This document shows positions 30,264 through 39,451 of a stretch of 64,000 nucleotides of DNA, in pieces. Source of the stretch: Gemmatimonadota bacterium (GTDB lineage Bacteria > Latescibacterota > UBA2968 > GCA-2709665); contig JAPPJY010000003.1 of NCBI GenBank assembly GCA_028874335.1, forward strand, positions 1,618 to 65,617, in the 5' to 3' direction. Within the stretch, counting starts at the first letter, position 1. The number at the start of each line of letters is the position of its first letter. Both the position numbers and the translations under genes were made by a program. Below the pieces are notes generated by a model, which saw nothing but the letters and a program-made list of their open reading frames with translations, ran no database searches and was not told the origin of the DNA.

Positions 30264-31433
30264 ATGATCCGTATTGACGATGCGGTTGTTACCGAACAAT
30301 TGCTCAAGGACAGACTGGGCGCTGAGCGGGAAGTCGAAATCTGCCCGCGGGCAAAGCTGACGCCGCTGGCGCTGGACTATCTGGCGGCCAACCGGGTCCA
30401 GGTATCCAGAAGAGAGGCGGCGGCCGCCGGTCCGCGGACTTCAGCGCCGGCCGCCCGTCGGAAATCCGGCGAACGGAAAGAATTCAAGGGCATCTTCTGC
30501 CCCAATATCGTCATTTTCGACAGCAATGACCGGATCAACTACGCGGAAATGGAGCGATATGTCAACTGGCTCATCGAAGCCGGCATCCACGGGTTGTATC
30601 CCAATGGAAGTACGGGCGAATTCGTGCGACTTTCCAGCGACGAGCGCAAGGAGGTCGTGCGCCTGGTCACGAACGTCAACCGGGGGCGCGTGCCCGTTCT
30701 GGCCGGCGCGAGCGAAGCCAACCTCCGCGACGTGCTCAGAATGAGCGAATACTACGCCGGCATCGACGTCGACGCCATTTCTCTCGTACCCCCGTACTAT
30801 TACGAGATCTCGGACACCAGCCTCTTCGAGTACTTCGCTGAGATCGCGAGACAGACGCCTCTCGACGTCCTTTTATACAATATCCCCCAGTTCACGCAGG
30901 AACTCACGCTGGACATCATGGAACAGTTGCTGCCCTTCGAGCGAATCATGGGTACCAAAGATTCCAGCCGGGATATGCCGCGGCTGATCAACACCATGCA
31001 TCGGCTGCGGGCGCAGCGCCCAGACTACGTGGTCCTGGTCGGCTGCGAGGAAATCCTGTGTCCATCCATTATGATGGGCGCCAGCGGGGGCACGATCGCG
31101 ACCTCCGGCATCATTCCCGAGGTCATTGTGGATATCTATGAAAAGACGCTTGCCGGCGACCTCGAGCGTGCACGCGGCATGCAATGCCGCATCCTGGACC
31201 TCATCAACCTGATGCTGCTGGGTGTGAACTTTCCGGAGGGATTCAAAACCGGTGTGGCCGTGCGCGGATTCGACGTCGGACCTCCGCGGCAGGCCATGAG
31301 CGACGAGGAAAAGGAATATCTCCTCAAGCTCGAGTCCCAGATCAGCTGCATCCTCAAGGATATGGGTTACGACGTGAATGGTGCGCGGGCGTGTCCCGTA
31401 ACCGACCTGCCGCCAATTGTCGACCGTACCTGA
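30264..31433 (+). CDS. DapA/NAL-family aldolase/dehydratase with BMC-associated N-terminal domain
   Basis: NGSTGEF, VPPYY, LYNIP, GTKDSS (Schiff-base Lys); N-terminal VVTEQLL...KLTPLALDY module. Confidence 0.9.
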   Translation: MIRIDDAVVTEQLLKDRLGAEREVEICPRAKLTPLALDYLAANRVQVSRREAAAAGPRTSAPAARRKSGERKEFKGIFCPNIVIFDSNDRINYAEMERYVNWLIEAGIHGLYPNGSTGEFVRLSSDERKEVVRLVTNVNRGRVPVLAGASEANLRDVLRMSEYYAGIDVDAISLVPPYYYEISDTSLFEYFAEIARQTPLDVLLYNIPQFTQELTLDIMEQLLPFERIMGTKDSSRDMPRLINTMHRLRAQRPDYVVLVGCEEILCPSIMMGASGGTIATSGIIPEVIVDIYEKTLAGDLERARGMQCRILDLINLMLLGVNFPEGFKTGVAVRGFDVGPPRQAMSDEEKEYLLKLESQISCILKDMGYDVNGARACPVTDLPPIVDRT

Positions 31434-31512
31434 CGCGACGGGTTGTTCCGCGGGGGCAATACCCGGAACCCGCCATGATTACATCAACTGAAGTCCTTAA
31501 CGGAGAACCTCC

Positions 31513-32457
31513 ATGGCTGAAAACGCGCAGCGGCACAACCTCGTGGACCCGTTCAACCTGGATGCCGGCGACGGCTACGTCTGGCTGAAAGGCAACCTCC
31601 ACTCCCACACGACGAACTCCGACGGCAGGGCGTCGCCCCAGGAACGTCTGGACGGCTACGTGAGCCAGGGGTACGACTTCCTTTGTCTCTCGGACCACTA
31701 CCGGATCACCCGGATCGATTCCGTGGATTGTCCGGACGACTTCGTGCTCATTCAGGGCGCCGAACTGCATCCGGACAATCCGTTCGGCGGACAGAAACAC
31801 CATTTTCTCTGCCTGAACATCCACGAGGACCTGGACTCGGAGAACATGCCGCCCCAGCACGTGATCGACGCGGTTCAGGAACAGGGGGGCAGCACGTGGC
31901 TTGCCCACCCGTACTGGAGTTCGGTCAACATCCTGAGGGACACCGTTCCGCTCACGGGATTTGCCGGCGTGGAGGTATTCAACACAACGTGCCGACGCGC
32001 GGGCCGGGGGGAATCCGGCGTTCATTGGGACGACTGGATGGACCTGGAGAACAGGCTGTATCCCGCCCTGGCCAACGACGACTCCCACGCCCTCGAATCG
32101 GATAATCACGATACCTATGGGGGCTGGACGATGGTACGCGTGAAGGACCGGTCTCCAGCGGCCATTCTCGACGCGCTCGAACGGGGCGCGAGCTATTCGA
32201 GCACCGGCGCCCAGATTCGGAACATCACCCTGCGAAGAAGCGACGAGGAGAAACGGCCGGTCGAGGCCGCCGTCGAATGCTCCGAGGCCAGGTGTATCCT
32301 GGCCGTTTGCGATACGTTCGGAACCGAATACAGGAATTCCGGCAAATCCTTTACGAGCGCCACGTTCAACCTGCGGCCGGGCGCACGCTGGGTACGTTTC
32401 GAAGTGATCGGAACGGACGGCTCGAAAGCCTGGTCCAACCCGTTCGACCTCACCTGA
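31513..32457 (+). CDS. PHP-domain metallohydrolase (CehA/McbA-like)
   Basis: KGNLHSHTTNSDG, SDH, GAELH, AHPYW, ANDDSH, AWSNP. Confidence 0.88.
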   Translation: MAENAQRHNLVDPFNLDAGDGYVWLKGNLHSHTTNSDGRASPQERLDGYVSQGYDFLCLSDHYRITRIDSVDCPDDFVLIQGAELHPDNPFGGQKHHFLCLNIHEDLDSENMPPQHVIDAVQEQGGSTWLAHPYWSSVNILRDTVPLTGFAGVEVFNTTCRRAGRGESGVHWDDWMDLENRLYPALANDDSHALESDNHDTYGGWTMVRVKDRSPAAILDALERGASYSSTGAQIRNITLRRSDEEKRPVEAAVECSEARCILAVCDTFGTEYRNSGKSFTSATFNLRPGARWVRFEVIGTDGSKAWSNPFDLT

Positions 32458-32470
32458 GGCTGGCGTCGCG

Positions 32471-33208
32471 ATGGGACTCATCCTGACACCCAAACAGGTG
32501 GCAGCGTACCGCAAGGACGGTTACTTACTGGTACCGGATCTGCTGACGCCGCCTGAAATCGACGCCTTCCTGGAAGCGCAGGCGGAAACGGTGGCGCCGG
32601 AAATCCTGGAACTCGGCCTGCGCAGGCACACCGCGGATCCGCAATGGCGTTACCTGGCGTCGCATCCCCGTGTCTCCGGAATCGCGTCTCAGCTGCTGCA
32701 GGGTCCGGCGATGATCGTCCAGACCATGTACATGGAAAAGGCACCGCGCGGGGGCACGGGTATCGCGCTCCATCAGGACGCACACTATATCAGGAACGAA
32801 CCCGGCACGCTCATGGCGTGCTGGCTTGCGTTGAGCGATACCGACAGCAGCAACGGCGGGCTCTGCGTCGCCGCCGGCAGCCACCTGGCCCCCCTCCGGA
32901 ATACCCGTCCCCCTCGAGACAGCAGCGAACACGCCTCCTGGGTGAAAGATTACGCCATGCGAGGACCCGACGGCACGGAGTGGGCCGAAACCATGCACTC
33001 GCACGAGGTCGCCGGCGTAAGCCGCGATGAACTCACCTTCCTTACGGTTCCGCGAGGATCGGGCGTCTTCTTTACCGGCAGAACCATCCACGGCTCATTC
33101 GCGAACCGGTCCATGGGCAGGCCCCGGCTTGCATTCGCCATCCACTATGTGAGAGAGGGTACGTGGGTGTTTCGCCGGGACATCCAGGACCTCGCGCCGG
33201 CAAACTGA
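32471..33208 (+). CDS. PhyH-family dioxygenase
   Basis: LHQDAHY, WLAL...NGGL..AGSH, IHGSFAN...R. Confidence 0.9.
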   Translation: MGLILTPKQVAAYRKDGYLLVPDLLTPPEIDAFLEAQAETVAPEILELGLRRHTADPQWRYLASHPRVSGIASQLLQGPAMIVQTMYMEKAPRGGTGIALHQDAHYIRNEPGTLMACWLALSDTDSSNGGLCVAAGSHLAPLRNTRPPRDSSEHASWVKDYAMRGPDGTEWAETMHSHEVAGVSRDELTFLTVPRGSGVFFTGRTIHGSFANRSMGRPRLAFAIHYVREGTWVFRRDIQDLAPAN

Positions 33209-33221
33209 AGGGACCTCCACC

Positions 33222-34190
33222 ATGAAACGCGTTGCAAAGCCGGAAGGCGAATACAATATCGTCATCGAAGACGTCCCCGTACCTGAAGTCTCGCCCACGG
33301 AAGTGCTCATCCGGGCGGAGTGCAGTCTGATCAGCCGCGGTTCCGAGATCTGGCGGCGTTATATCCGTCCCGAAGCCATCGACCATCAAGCCATGGGCTA
33401 TTCGTTCGTGGGAGACGTTGTCGAGGTCGGCGCCCGCGTGGACGGCTTCTCCATCGGCGACCGTGTGGCGGCTCTTGCGCCGCACGCGGAGTACGTGGCC
33501 GTCGAAGTCGTGGACTCACCCCACCGGGCCCCGGTTGTGCATCTTCCGGACGCGGTCTCCTCGGAAGCCGCGACGTTCTGGCCGCTGAGCACCAGTTCCG
33601 TTCTCTGGATGCGCGAAATCGAGGCCCGCAAGGAAGACACGGTGGCTATACTGGGTCAGGGTCTCGTCGGCTCGATCTGCATGCAGGCGCTGAACGCGGA
33701 AGTGAACCCCCGGGTGATCGCTGTCGACGCGCTTCCCCTCCGGTGCGAACTGGCCGCAAGCCTGGGGGCGGACCACGTGGTGGACGCATCGCGCGAGGAT
33801 CCCGTAAGGGCCGTCAAAGATCTGACGGGCGGCGCAGGCGTGGAGATCGCGGTGGAGGCGGTGGGCGGCCGCGCCGGGGCGGCCGCGTTCGCGCAGGCGC
33901 AGGATATGGTGAAACGAAAAGGCCTGATCCAGGTGATCGGCCTGTATGAGGACGAGCCCCTGCCGCTCGACTCCGGAAAGATCCAGGGCCGGCGGATTGT
34001 CGGCGGGTACTCGGACGGCGGCAGACGTCCTTCGGGCTCCGACCGCGCCCTGCAGCTTCTCGCCCAGAATAAGATCCGCGCCGAAGCAATGATTTCCCAC
34101 CGATTCCCCTACCAGGAAGCGGCAGAGGCCTTCGACCTGCTGTATACGCGCCTGGGCGAAACGATGGGCGTCGTACTTGTATGGAAGTGA
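33222..34190 (+). CDS. medium-chain dehydrogenase/reductase (Zn-ADH fold)
   Basis: SLISRGSE, GYSFVG, LGQGLVG; lacks the canonical GHE zinc ligand. Confidence 0.87.
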   Translation: MKRVAKPEGEYNIVIEDVPVPEVSPTEVLIRAECSLISRGSEIWRRYIRPEAIDHQAMGYSFVGDVVEVGARVDGFSIGDRVAALAPHAEYVAVEVVDSPHRAPVVHLPDAVSSEAATFWPLSTSSVLWMREIEARKEDTVAILGQGLVGSICMQALNAEVNPRVIAVDALPLRCELAASLGADHVVDASREDPVRAVKDLTGGAGVEIAVEAVGGRAGAAAFAQAQDMVKRKGLIQVIGLYEDEPLPLDSGKIQGRRIVGGYSDGGRRPSGSDRALQLLAQNKIRAEAMISHRFPYQEAAEAFDLLYTRLGETMGVVLVWK

Positions 34191-34271
34191 CTGCAGGTGA
34201 CGCCGGGCCGGGAAAATGCCGGCTTCCGACCCCGATCGGCCAGCCCATGCATGTCGTAATCCGGAGGTTTT

Positions 34272-35168
34272 GTGAAAAACGGCTTCTATAAGGGCCACGG
34301 TCTGGGCAACGACTACATCGTCATGGACCCGGCGGAACTGGAATTTGAACTCACGCCCGGCAATATCCGCAACATCTGCGATCGCAACCGCGGTATCGGC
34401 GGCGATGGCATCCTCACCCTGGAACCCGGGAATGGCGCCGACTTCGGCCTGCGCATCCTGAATCCCGACGGCAGCGAGGCCGAAAAGTCGGGCAACGGCC
34501 TGCGCATCTTCGCCAGGTTCCTCCACGCCACCGGTCGGACGCGAAAACGCGACTTCACGGTGGACACGATCGGCGGCCGCGTGGAGATCCGGGTGCACCT
34601 GGACCATCACGGCGATGCCAGCCTCGCGACCGTCGAGATGGGACAGGCCGACTTCGATCCCGTCGCGCTGCCGTGTACGTTGACGGGGGGCGAGCTCATC
34701 GAACGGTCGATCACCGCCGCCGGCCGCGAACTGAGATTCACGGGCGTCAGCGTGGGGAATCCCCACTGCGTCATCTTCAAAGCCGCGCACGAGTCCTGGA
34801 CCCGCGACGACCTGCTCGAACTCGGCCCCGCCCTGGAGAATCACGAACTCTTTCCCAATCGCATCAACGTGCAACTGGCCGTACCCACGGGTCCGAAGGA
34901 AATCTTCATCCTCATCTGGGAACGCGGCGCCGGCGAGACGCAGGCATCCGGTTCCTCGTCCTGCGCGGCGGCGAGCGCGGCCGTCCGGCTGGGTCTGGCG
35001 GCATCTCCTGTAACCGTAAACGCGCCGGGCGGCGCCCTCCACGTCGCCGTCGACCCCCGGTTCCACCTGACCATGAAAGGGCCGGTCGCGGAGGTCGCCC
35101 TGGGGGCCCTGAGTCCGGCGTTCGTCAGGGAACTTCAGGACGACAACCGGGTTGACGCCTCCGGGTAA
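34272..35168 (+). CDS. dapF: diaminopimelate epimerase (Ser/Ser variant)
   Basis: KGHGLGNDY, GIGGDG, NPDGSEAEKSGNGLR, GNPHCV, FPNRINV, WERGAGET. Confidence 0.9.
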   Translation: MKNGFYKGHGLGNDYIVMDPAELEFELTPGNIRNICDRNRGIGGDGILTLEPGNGADFGLRILNPDGSEAEKSGNGLRIFARFLHATGRTRKRDFTVDTIGGRVEIRVHLDHHGDASLATVEMGQADFDPVALPCTLTGGELIERSITAAGRELRFTGVSVGNPHCVIFKAAHESWTRDDLLELGPALENHELFPNRINVQLAVPTGPKEIFILIWERGAGETQASGSSSCAAASAAVRLGLAASPVTVNAPGGALHVAVDPRFHLTMKGPVAEVALGALSPAFVRELQDDNRVDASG

Positions 35169-35179
35169 GGCGAAATTTC

Positions 35180-36292
35180 CTATGCCACCCGGTATTTCTC
35201 CAGGGTCTTCTCGTTGATGGTCACACCAAGACCGGGGCCCTCCGGCACAGCCACGTGTCCGTCGACGACTTCGAAGCGTTCGCGCGTCAGTTCGTGGCGC
35301 AGCGGCGATTCCGACATGCAATACTCGAACATCTCCCCGCCGGGCACCGCAGCGAGCGCGTGAAGCGACGCGGCGATCGTAATCCCGCTCTTGAAACTGT
35401 GGTTCACGACCCTTGCATGGCAGCGAGCCGCCATCCTTCCCACCTCCACCATGGTCGAAATCCCGCACCGCCCCGGGTCGGGCTGTACCCAGTCCAGCCC
35501 GCCTTCCGCTACCAGACGCTCGAATGCGTCGAGCCGCGCTTCCGCTTCACCCGCCGCGATGGGAACGGGACTTTCCTCAGACAACCTCGCGTATCCGCGC
35601 AGGTCGGACGGGTGCAGCGGCTCTTCGAGCCAGAACGGACGGAACTCCTCGAACCGGCGCGCCCGCTTCAGGCCCGTCTTCCAGTCCCATACCTGCCCCG
35701 CGTCGATCAACACGTCCACCCCGTCTCCGACGCCCCGGCGGGCCTCCCTGACCAGGGCGATATCGGTCTCCTCGTCCTCCCCCATCGGCCCCCAGCCGAA
35801 CTTGACCGCGGTAAAGCCCTCCCCCGCAAACCTCCGACCGAGTTCTGCAGTCTGCGCGGGCGAATCGCCGAACAGAATCGAACAATACGCCCGGAAGCGC
35901 TTTTTGTAGGGCCCGCCCAGAAGCCGGTAGACCGGCACGTCGCATGCCCTGCCTGCAATATCCCAGAGCGCCTGATTGACACCCGCCATGGCGTGCCGCC
36001 CCACGCCATCGCCGCCGTAGTAGTTCGTCGCGTCCGTCATTCGTTGCATACACGCTTCCACCGCCAGCGGGTCCTCAAGGTAAAGCGCATTTGCCAGGCC
36101 GTTGCAGATCTGGTGCGACAGGGGCGCATCCACGACGGCCTTGACCGCGGTCGGACAGGAATCCACCTCTCCCCAGCCCGTGAGTCCGGCATCGGTTTCA
36201 ACCTTGATCAAACAGGTATCCTGCGTACCGTCGCAGGTATCCGTGACGTGAGGGAGCCGCAACACCATCGCGGTAACGCGAGTGATCTTCAT
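35180..36292 (-). CDS. mandelate racemase/muconate lactonizing enzyme family
   Basis: GWGEVD, ALWDIAG, KFGWG, IDAG, WLEEP, AGE, QPD. Confidence 0.92.
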   Translation of the reverse strand: MKITRVTAMVLRLPHVTDTCDGTQDTCLIKVETDAGLTGWGEVDSCPTAVKAVVDAPLSHQICNGLANALYLEDPLAVEACMQRMTDATNYYGGDGVGRHAMAGVNQALWDIAGRACDVPVYRLLGGPYKKRFRAYCSILFGDSPAQTAELGRRFAGEGFTAVKFGWGPMGEDEETDIALVREARRGVGDGVDVLIDAGQVWDWKTGLKRARRFEEFRPFWLEEPLHPSDLRGYARLSEESPVPIAAGEAEARLDAFERLVAEGGLDWVQPDPGRCGISTMVEVGRMAARCHARVVNHSFKSGITIAASLHALAAVPGGEMFEYCMSESPLRHELTRERFEVVDGHVAVPEGPGLGVTINEKTLEKYRVA

Positions 36293-36510
36293 TTCATTCC
36301 TCCGGATTTCGAAATCGGTCCGCGCCACGGCGCCAATGCCGAGCGCAATCCCGGGTGTACAGCAGGTTCCGACTGCGCATGATACCCACCCCGCTTCGGC
36401 CTGTCAATCCCCATGCCGGGATTGTGCGCGGGTACCAGAAACGGGTTGCACCGGCACGCCGTTCACCGTAGATTGTCCGCGACCTGCACCGCATCTGGGG
36501 AGATGTTGCT

Positions 36511-37272
36511 ATGCCTGCCATTGGAAACCTTAGCGAAACCTACGATGCCGATGGCGTGCTGCCTCGAATCGACGTCTTCTCCGAATCCGAGATCGGCGCA
36601 TTCAGGGCACAGTTCGACGAACTCGAAGCCAGGGAAGGCAGAGACGTCTGCCAGGTGGGCCTCCAGTCCCGGCACTTCGATGAGGAGTTCATATGGCGGC
36701 TGGCCACGGACGCGCGAATTCTGGACGTCATGGAACAGGCCATGGGTGAAGACATCCTGCTGCTGGCAACGCACTTTTTTTGCAAGTACCCCGCCGGGGC
36801 CGAAAAGTACTTTGTCGCGTGGCACCAGGATGTCACGTACTGGGGCCTGAAGCCGCCGCTGGCGCATACGGCCTGGATCGCCATCGACGACAGCGACGCG
36901 GAAAACGGGTGCATGCGCGTCATCCCGGGGTCGCACAAGAGCGGGATCGTCACCCACGGCACGTCGGAACGCGCGGGAAACCTGCTGAGCATCAACCAGG
37001 AAATCCCGGACGAACTCGTCGACACCAGCCGCGCGATCGACCTGGAACTCAGCGCAGGCCAGATTTCGGTCCACAGCGGCCAGCTCTTCCACGCAAGCAT
37101 GCCCAATACCTCGAACCGGCGGCGTTGCGGCCTTACCGTCCGCTTTATCCCGCCCGAAGCCAGGCAGGTCGCATCCAACTCGATCAGTCAGGACTGGCGG
37201 CCCATCCTGCTGCGCGGCGCGAACCGCTACACGCACCACACCCTCTTCCCCGCGCCCTTTCCATTCCCATAA
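36511..37272 (+). CDS. PhyH-family dioxygenase
   Basis: WHQD, WIAIDD...NGCM..IPGSH, HAS..N.S.RRR. Confidence 0.92.
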   Translation: MPAIGNLSETYDADGVLPRIDVFSESEIGAFRAQFDELEAREGRDVCQVGLQSRHFDEEFIWRLATDARILDVMEQAMGEDILLLATHFFCKYPAGAEKYFVAWHQDVTYWGLKPPLAHTAWIAIDDSDAENGCMRVIPGSHKSGIVTHGTSERAGNLLSINQEIPDELVDTSRAIDLELSAGQISVHSGQLFHASMPNTSNRRRCGLTVRFIPPEARQVASNSISQDWRPILLRGANRYTHHTLFPAPFPFP

Positions 37273-37283
37273 AGAGACTTGCG

Positions 37284-38153
37284 ATGGCGAAACGCAGGGT
37301 AGTCGTCACCGGCGCGGCCGGGTATATCGCGGGACGGAGTCTGCCGGTCCTCAGAGAGCGCTATGACCTCGGCCTGCTGGACGTGCGAAAGACGGACAGA
37401 AACGGCAACGAGGTGAAGGGTATTGTTCAGACCGACCTTTTGAACCGGGACCGGCATGCGTATCGGGAGCATTTCACGGACACGGACGCGGTGATACACT
37501 GCGGTTTCACCCGTGCCAACGCGCCCGAAGACCAGTTCCGGGCTGAATCCGACAACATCGCCATGGCCTATAACGTCTACCAGACCTGTCTGGAAGCAAA
37601 CGTCCGCAGGGTGGTCGTCATCAGCTCCAACCACGCCACCGACTTCTACGAGAGGCTAATCTGGTCCGGCCGCATGGAATTCGTGACACCGGACATGCGC
37701 CCGCTTTCCGACAACTTCTACGGCTGGGCGAAGGCCTCGTACGAACTGCTGGGGTTCGCGTTTGCGGCGGGCAAGGTCGGAAACGGCAGGAAGCTTCAGA
37801 ACATCCAGCTGCGGATCGGCGGTCCCCGGGAGACCGTGGCCGATAATCTCAGGACGGACAACCTGAAAGGCATGCACCGCAGCCTCGGGGCTTACCTGAG
37901 CGCACGCGACCAGACCCAGCTTCTGATCAAGAGCATCGAGACGGAGAACATCGAAGACGAGAACGGCATCCCCTTTCAGATTTTCTACGGCATCAGCGGA
38001 AACAGCCACAATTTCTGGAGTATCGCCAACGCCCGCAAGCTCATCGGCTACGAACCGGAAGACAACAGCCTGATCCGGTTTGCCGACAGGATCGCACCCG
38101 TTCTTGCTGACGCGAAGCGGGACAGGGAAAGGGGCGTAAACGCCGACCAGTGA
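37284..38153 (+). CDS. NAD-dependent epimerase/dehydratase (uronate dehydrogenase-like SDR)
   Basis: VVVTGAAGYIA, SSNHA, YGWAK, LRIG, YGISGN; true start at ATG 37284. Confidence 0.87.
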   Translation: MAKRRVVVTGAAGYIAGRSLPVLRERYDLGLLDVRKTDRNGNEVKGIVQTDLLNRDRHAYREHFTDTDAVIHCGFTRANAPEDQFRAESDNIAMAYNVYQTCLEANVRRVVVISSNHATDFYERLIWSGRMEFVTPDMRPLSDNFYGWAKASYELLGFAFAAGKVGNGRKLQNIQLRIGGPRETVADNLRTDNLKGMHRSLGAYLSARDQTQLLIKSIETENIEDENGIPFQIFYGISGNSHNFWSIANARKLIGYEPEDNSLIRFADRIAPVLADAKRDRERGVNADQ

Positions 38154-38285
38154 GCCGCTCGGGTCTCCGTGTCGATCCGCGTGACAGGGAAGACCCCCGC
38201 GCATGGCCCGGAAACCGATCCGGACTTCCGGACTTCCGGAAACCCGGAAACGCGGGGTCGACGGGTTCCCTGAAAGGTCAATCTC

Positions 38286-39410
38286 ATGAAGATCACCCGC
38301 CTTGAAACCATCCCTGTTGCACAACGGTTCCTCGTTCTGAAAATGCACACCGACGAGGGCGTCGTCGGCTATGGCGAACCCCTGGACTATACGCACTGGC
38401 GAATCGTCGCGCGGGCTGTTGACGACCTTGCCGAATACCTCATCGGCAAGGACCCGCTCCAGATCGAAGACCACTGGCAGACCTTCTTTCGCTCCACGTA
38501 CAGCCGCAGCATGCCGATCATCATTGGCGCGCTCAGCGGCGTGGACATGGCCATGTGGGACATCATGGGCAAGGTCCTGGACGTTCCCGTCTGGAGACTT
38601 CTCGGGGGCTCGGTCCGGGACCGGGTCCGGGTCTATGCCCACGCCGGGGGGAACACGCCGGAATCCTGCGCGGAACAAGCACGCAAGCGGGTCGACGACG
38701 GGTTCACGGCCATCAAGATGGGCGGCGCCGTCAGGCCCGTCCGTTTCGTGGATACGGCACGAGCGGTCGACGAGATGGTCGCCCGGGTGGCCGCCGTCCG
38801 CGAAGCCGTTGGCGACGACGTGGACATTGCGGTCGATTTGCACCGCCGCCTGAGCCCGCAGATGGCCGTTATCACCGTCAAGGCGCTCGAACCCTATCAC
38901 CTGCTCTTTGCGGAAGAACCCTGCCATCCCGAAAACAACGAAGCCCTGCTGACCCTCTCCCGATCGACGCCCACACCCATCGCAACCGGCGAACGCCACC
39001 TCACCCGATGGAGTTTCTGGGACATCGTGGAAAAGCAGGCCTGCGCGGTTCTGCAGCCTGATATCCGGCACGTTGGCGGCATCTCGGAGTTGAAGAAGAT
39101 CGCCACCCTGGCGGAAATCAGGGACATTGCCATTGCGCCGCACAACGCCGCCGGACCCATCGGCGTGGCCGCGTCCATCCATACCATGGCCACGGTCCCC
39201 AATTTTCTCGTCTGCGAGGGCGGCACGACCCGGGGCGAAGGTCTTCTGACGCCGCCGCTCACGTTCAACGATGGCTATATCGAGCTTCCCGCGGGGCCGG
39301 GTCTCGGATTCGAGATTGACGAAGACGCCCTCGATGCCATGCGGGACGAACGCTTTCGCTTCCGCGGCATGTGGCGCTCGGAAGAAGATGGGTCCTTCGC
39401 GGACTTCTAG
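38286..39410 (+). CDS. galactonate dehydratase-like enolase-superfamily enzyme
   Basis: GYGEP, AMWDIMGK, VDLHRR, EEP, ATGER, QPD, APHN; DgoD-like. Confidence 0.85.
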   Translation: MKITRLETIPVAQRFLVLKMHTDEGVVGYGEPLDYTHWRIVARAVDDLAEYLIGKDPLQIEDHWQTFFRSTYSRSMPIIIGALSGVDMAMWDIMGKVLDVPVWRLLGGSVRDRVRVYAHAGGNTPESCAEQARKRVDDGFTAIKMGGAVRPVRFVDTARAVDEMVARVAAVREAVGDDVDIAVDLHRRLSPQMAVITVKALEPYHLLFAEEPCHPENNEALLTLSRSTPTPIATGERHLTRWSFWDIVEKQACAVLQPDIRHVGGISELKKIATLAEIRDIAIAPHNAAGPIGVAASIHTMATVPNFLVCEGGTTRGEGLLTPPLTFNDGYIELPAGPGLGFEIDEDALDAMRDERFRFRGMWRSEEDGSFADF

Positions 39411-39451
39411 CAGTTTGCACAACTGTGAAGACGCGTCAATCAACTCCGGAC

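Noticed and set aside
30264-35168. dapA + dapF as a lysine biosynthesis operon
   Set aside because: The DapA-family protein has BMC-type extensions and sits with shell genes; its proximity to dapF is probably incidental, though not disproven
38205-38255. CCGGACTT/CCGGAAAC short tandem repeats
   Set aside because: Too short and irregular for a CRISPR array; no spacers or cas genes
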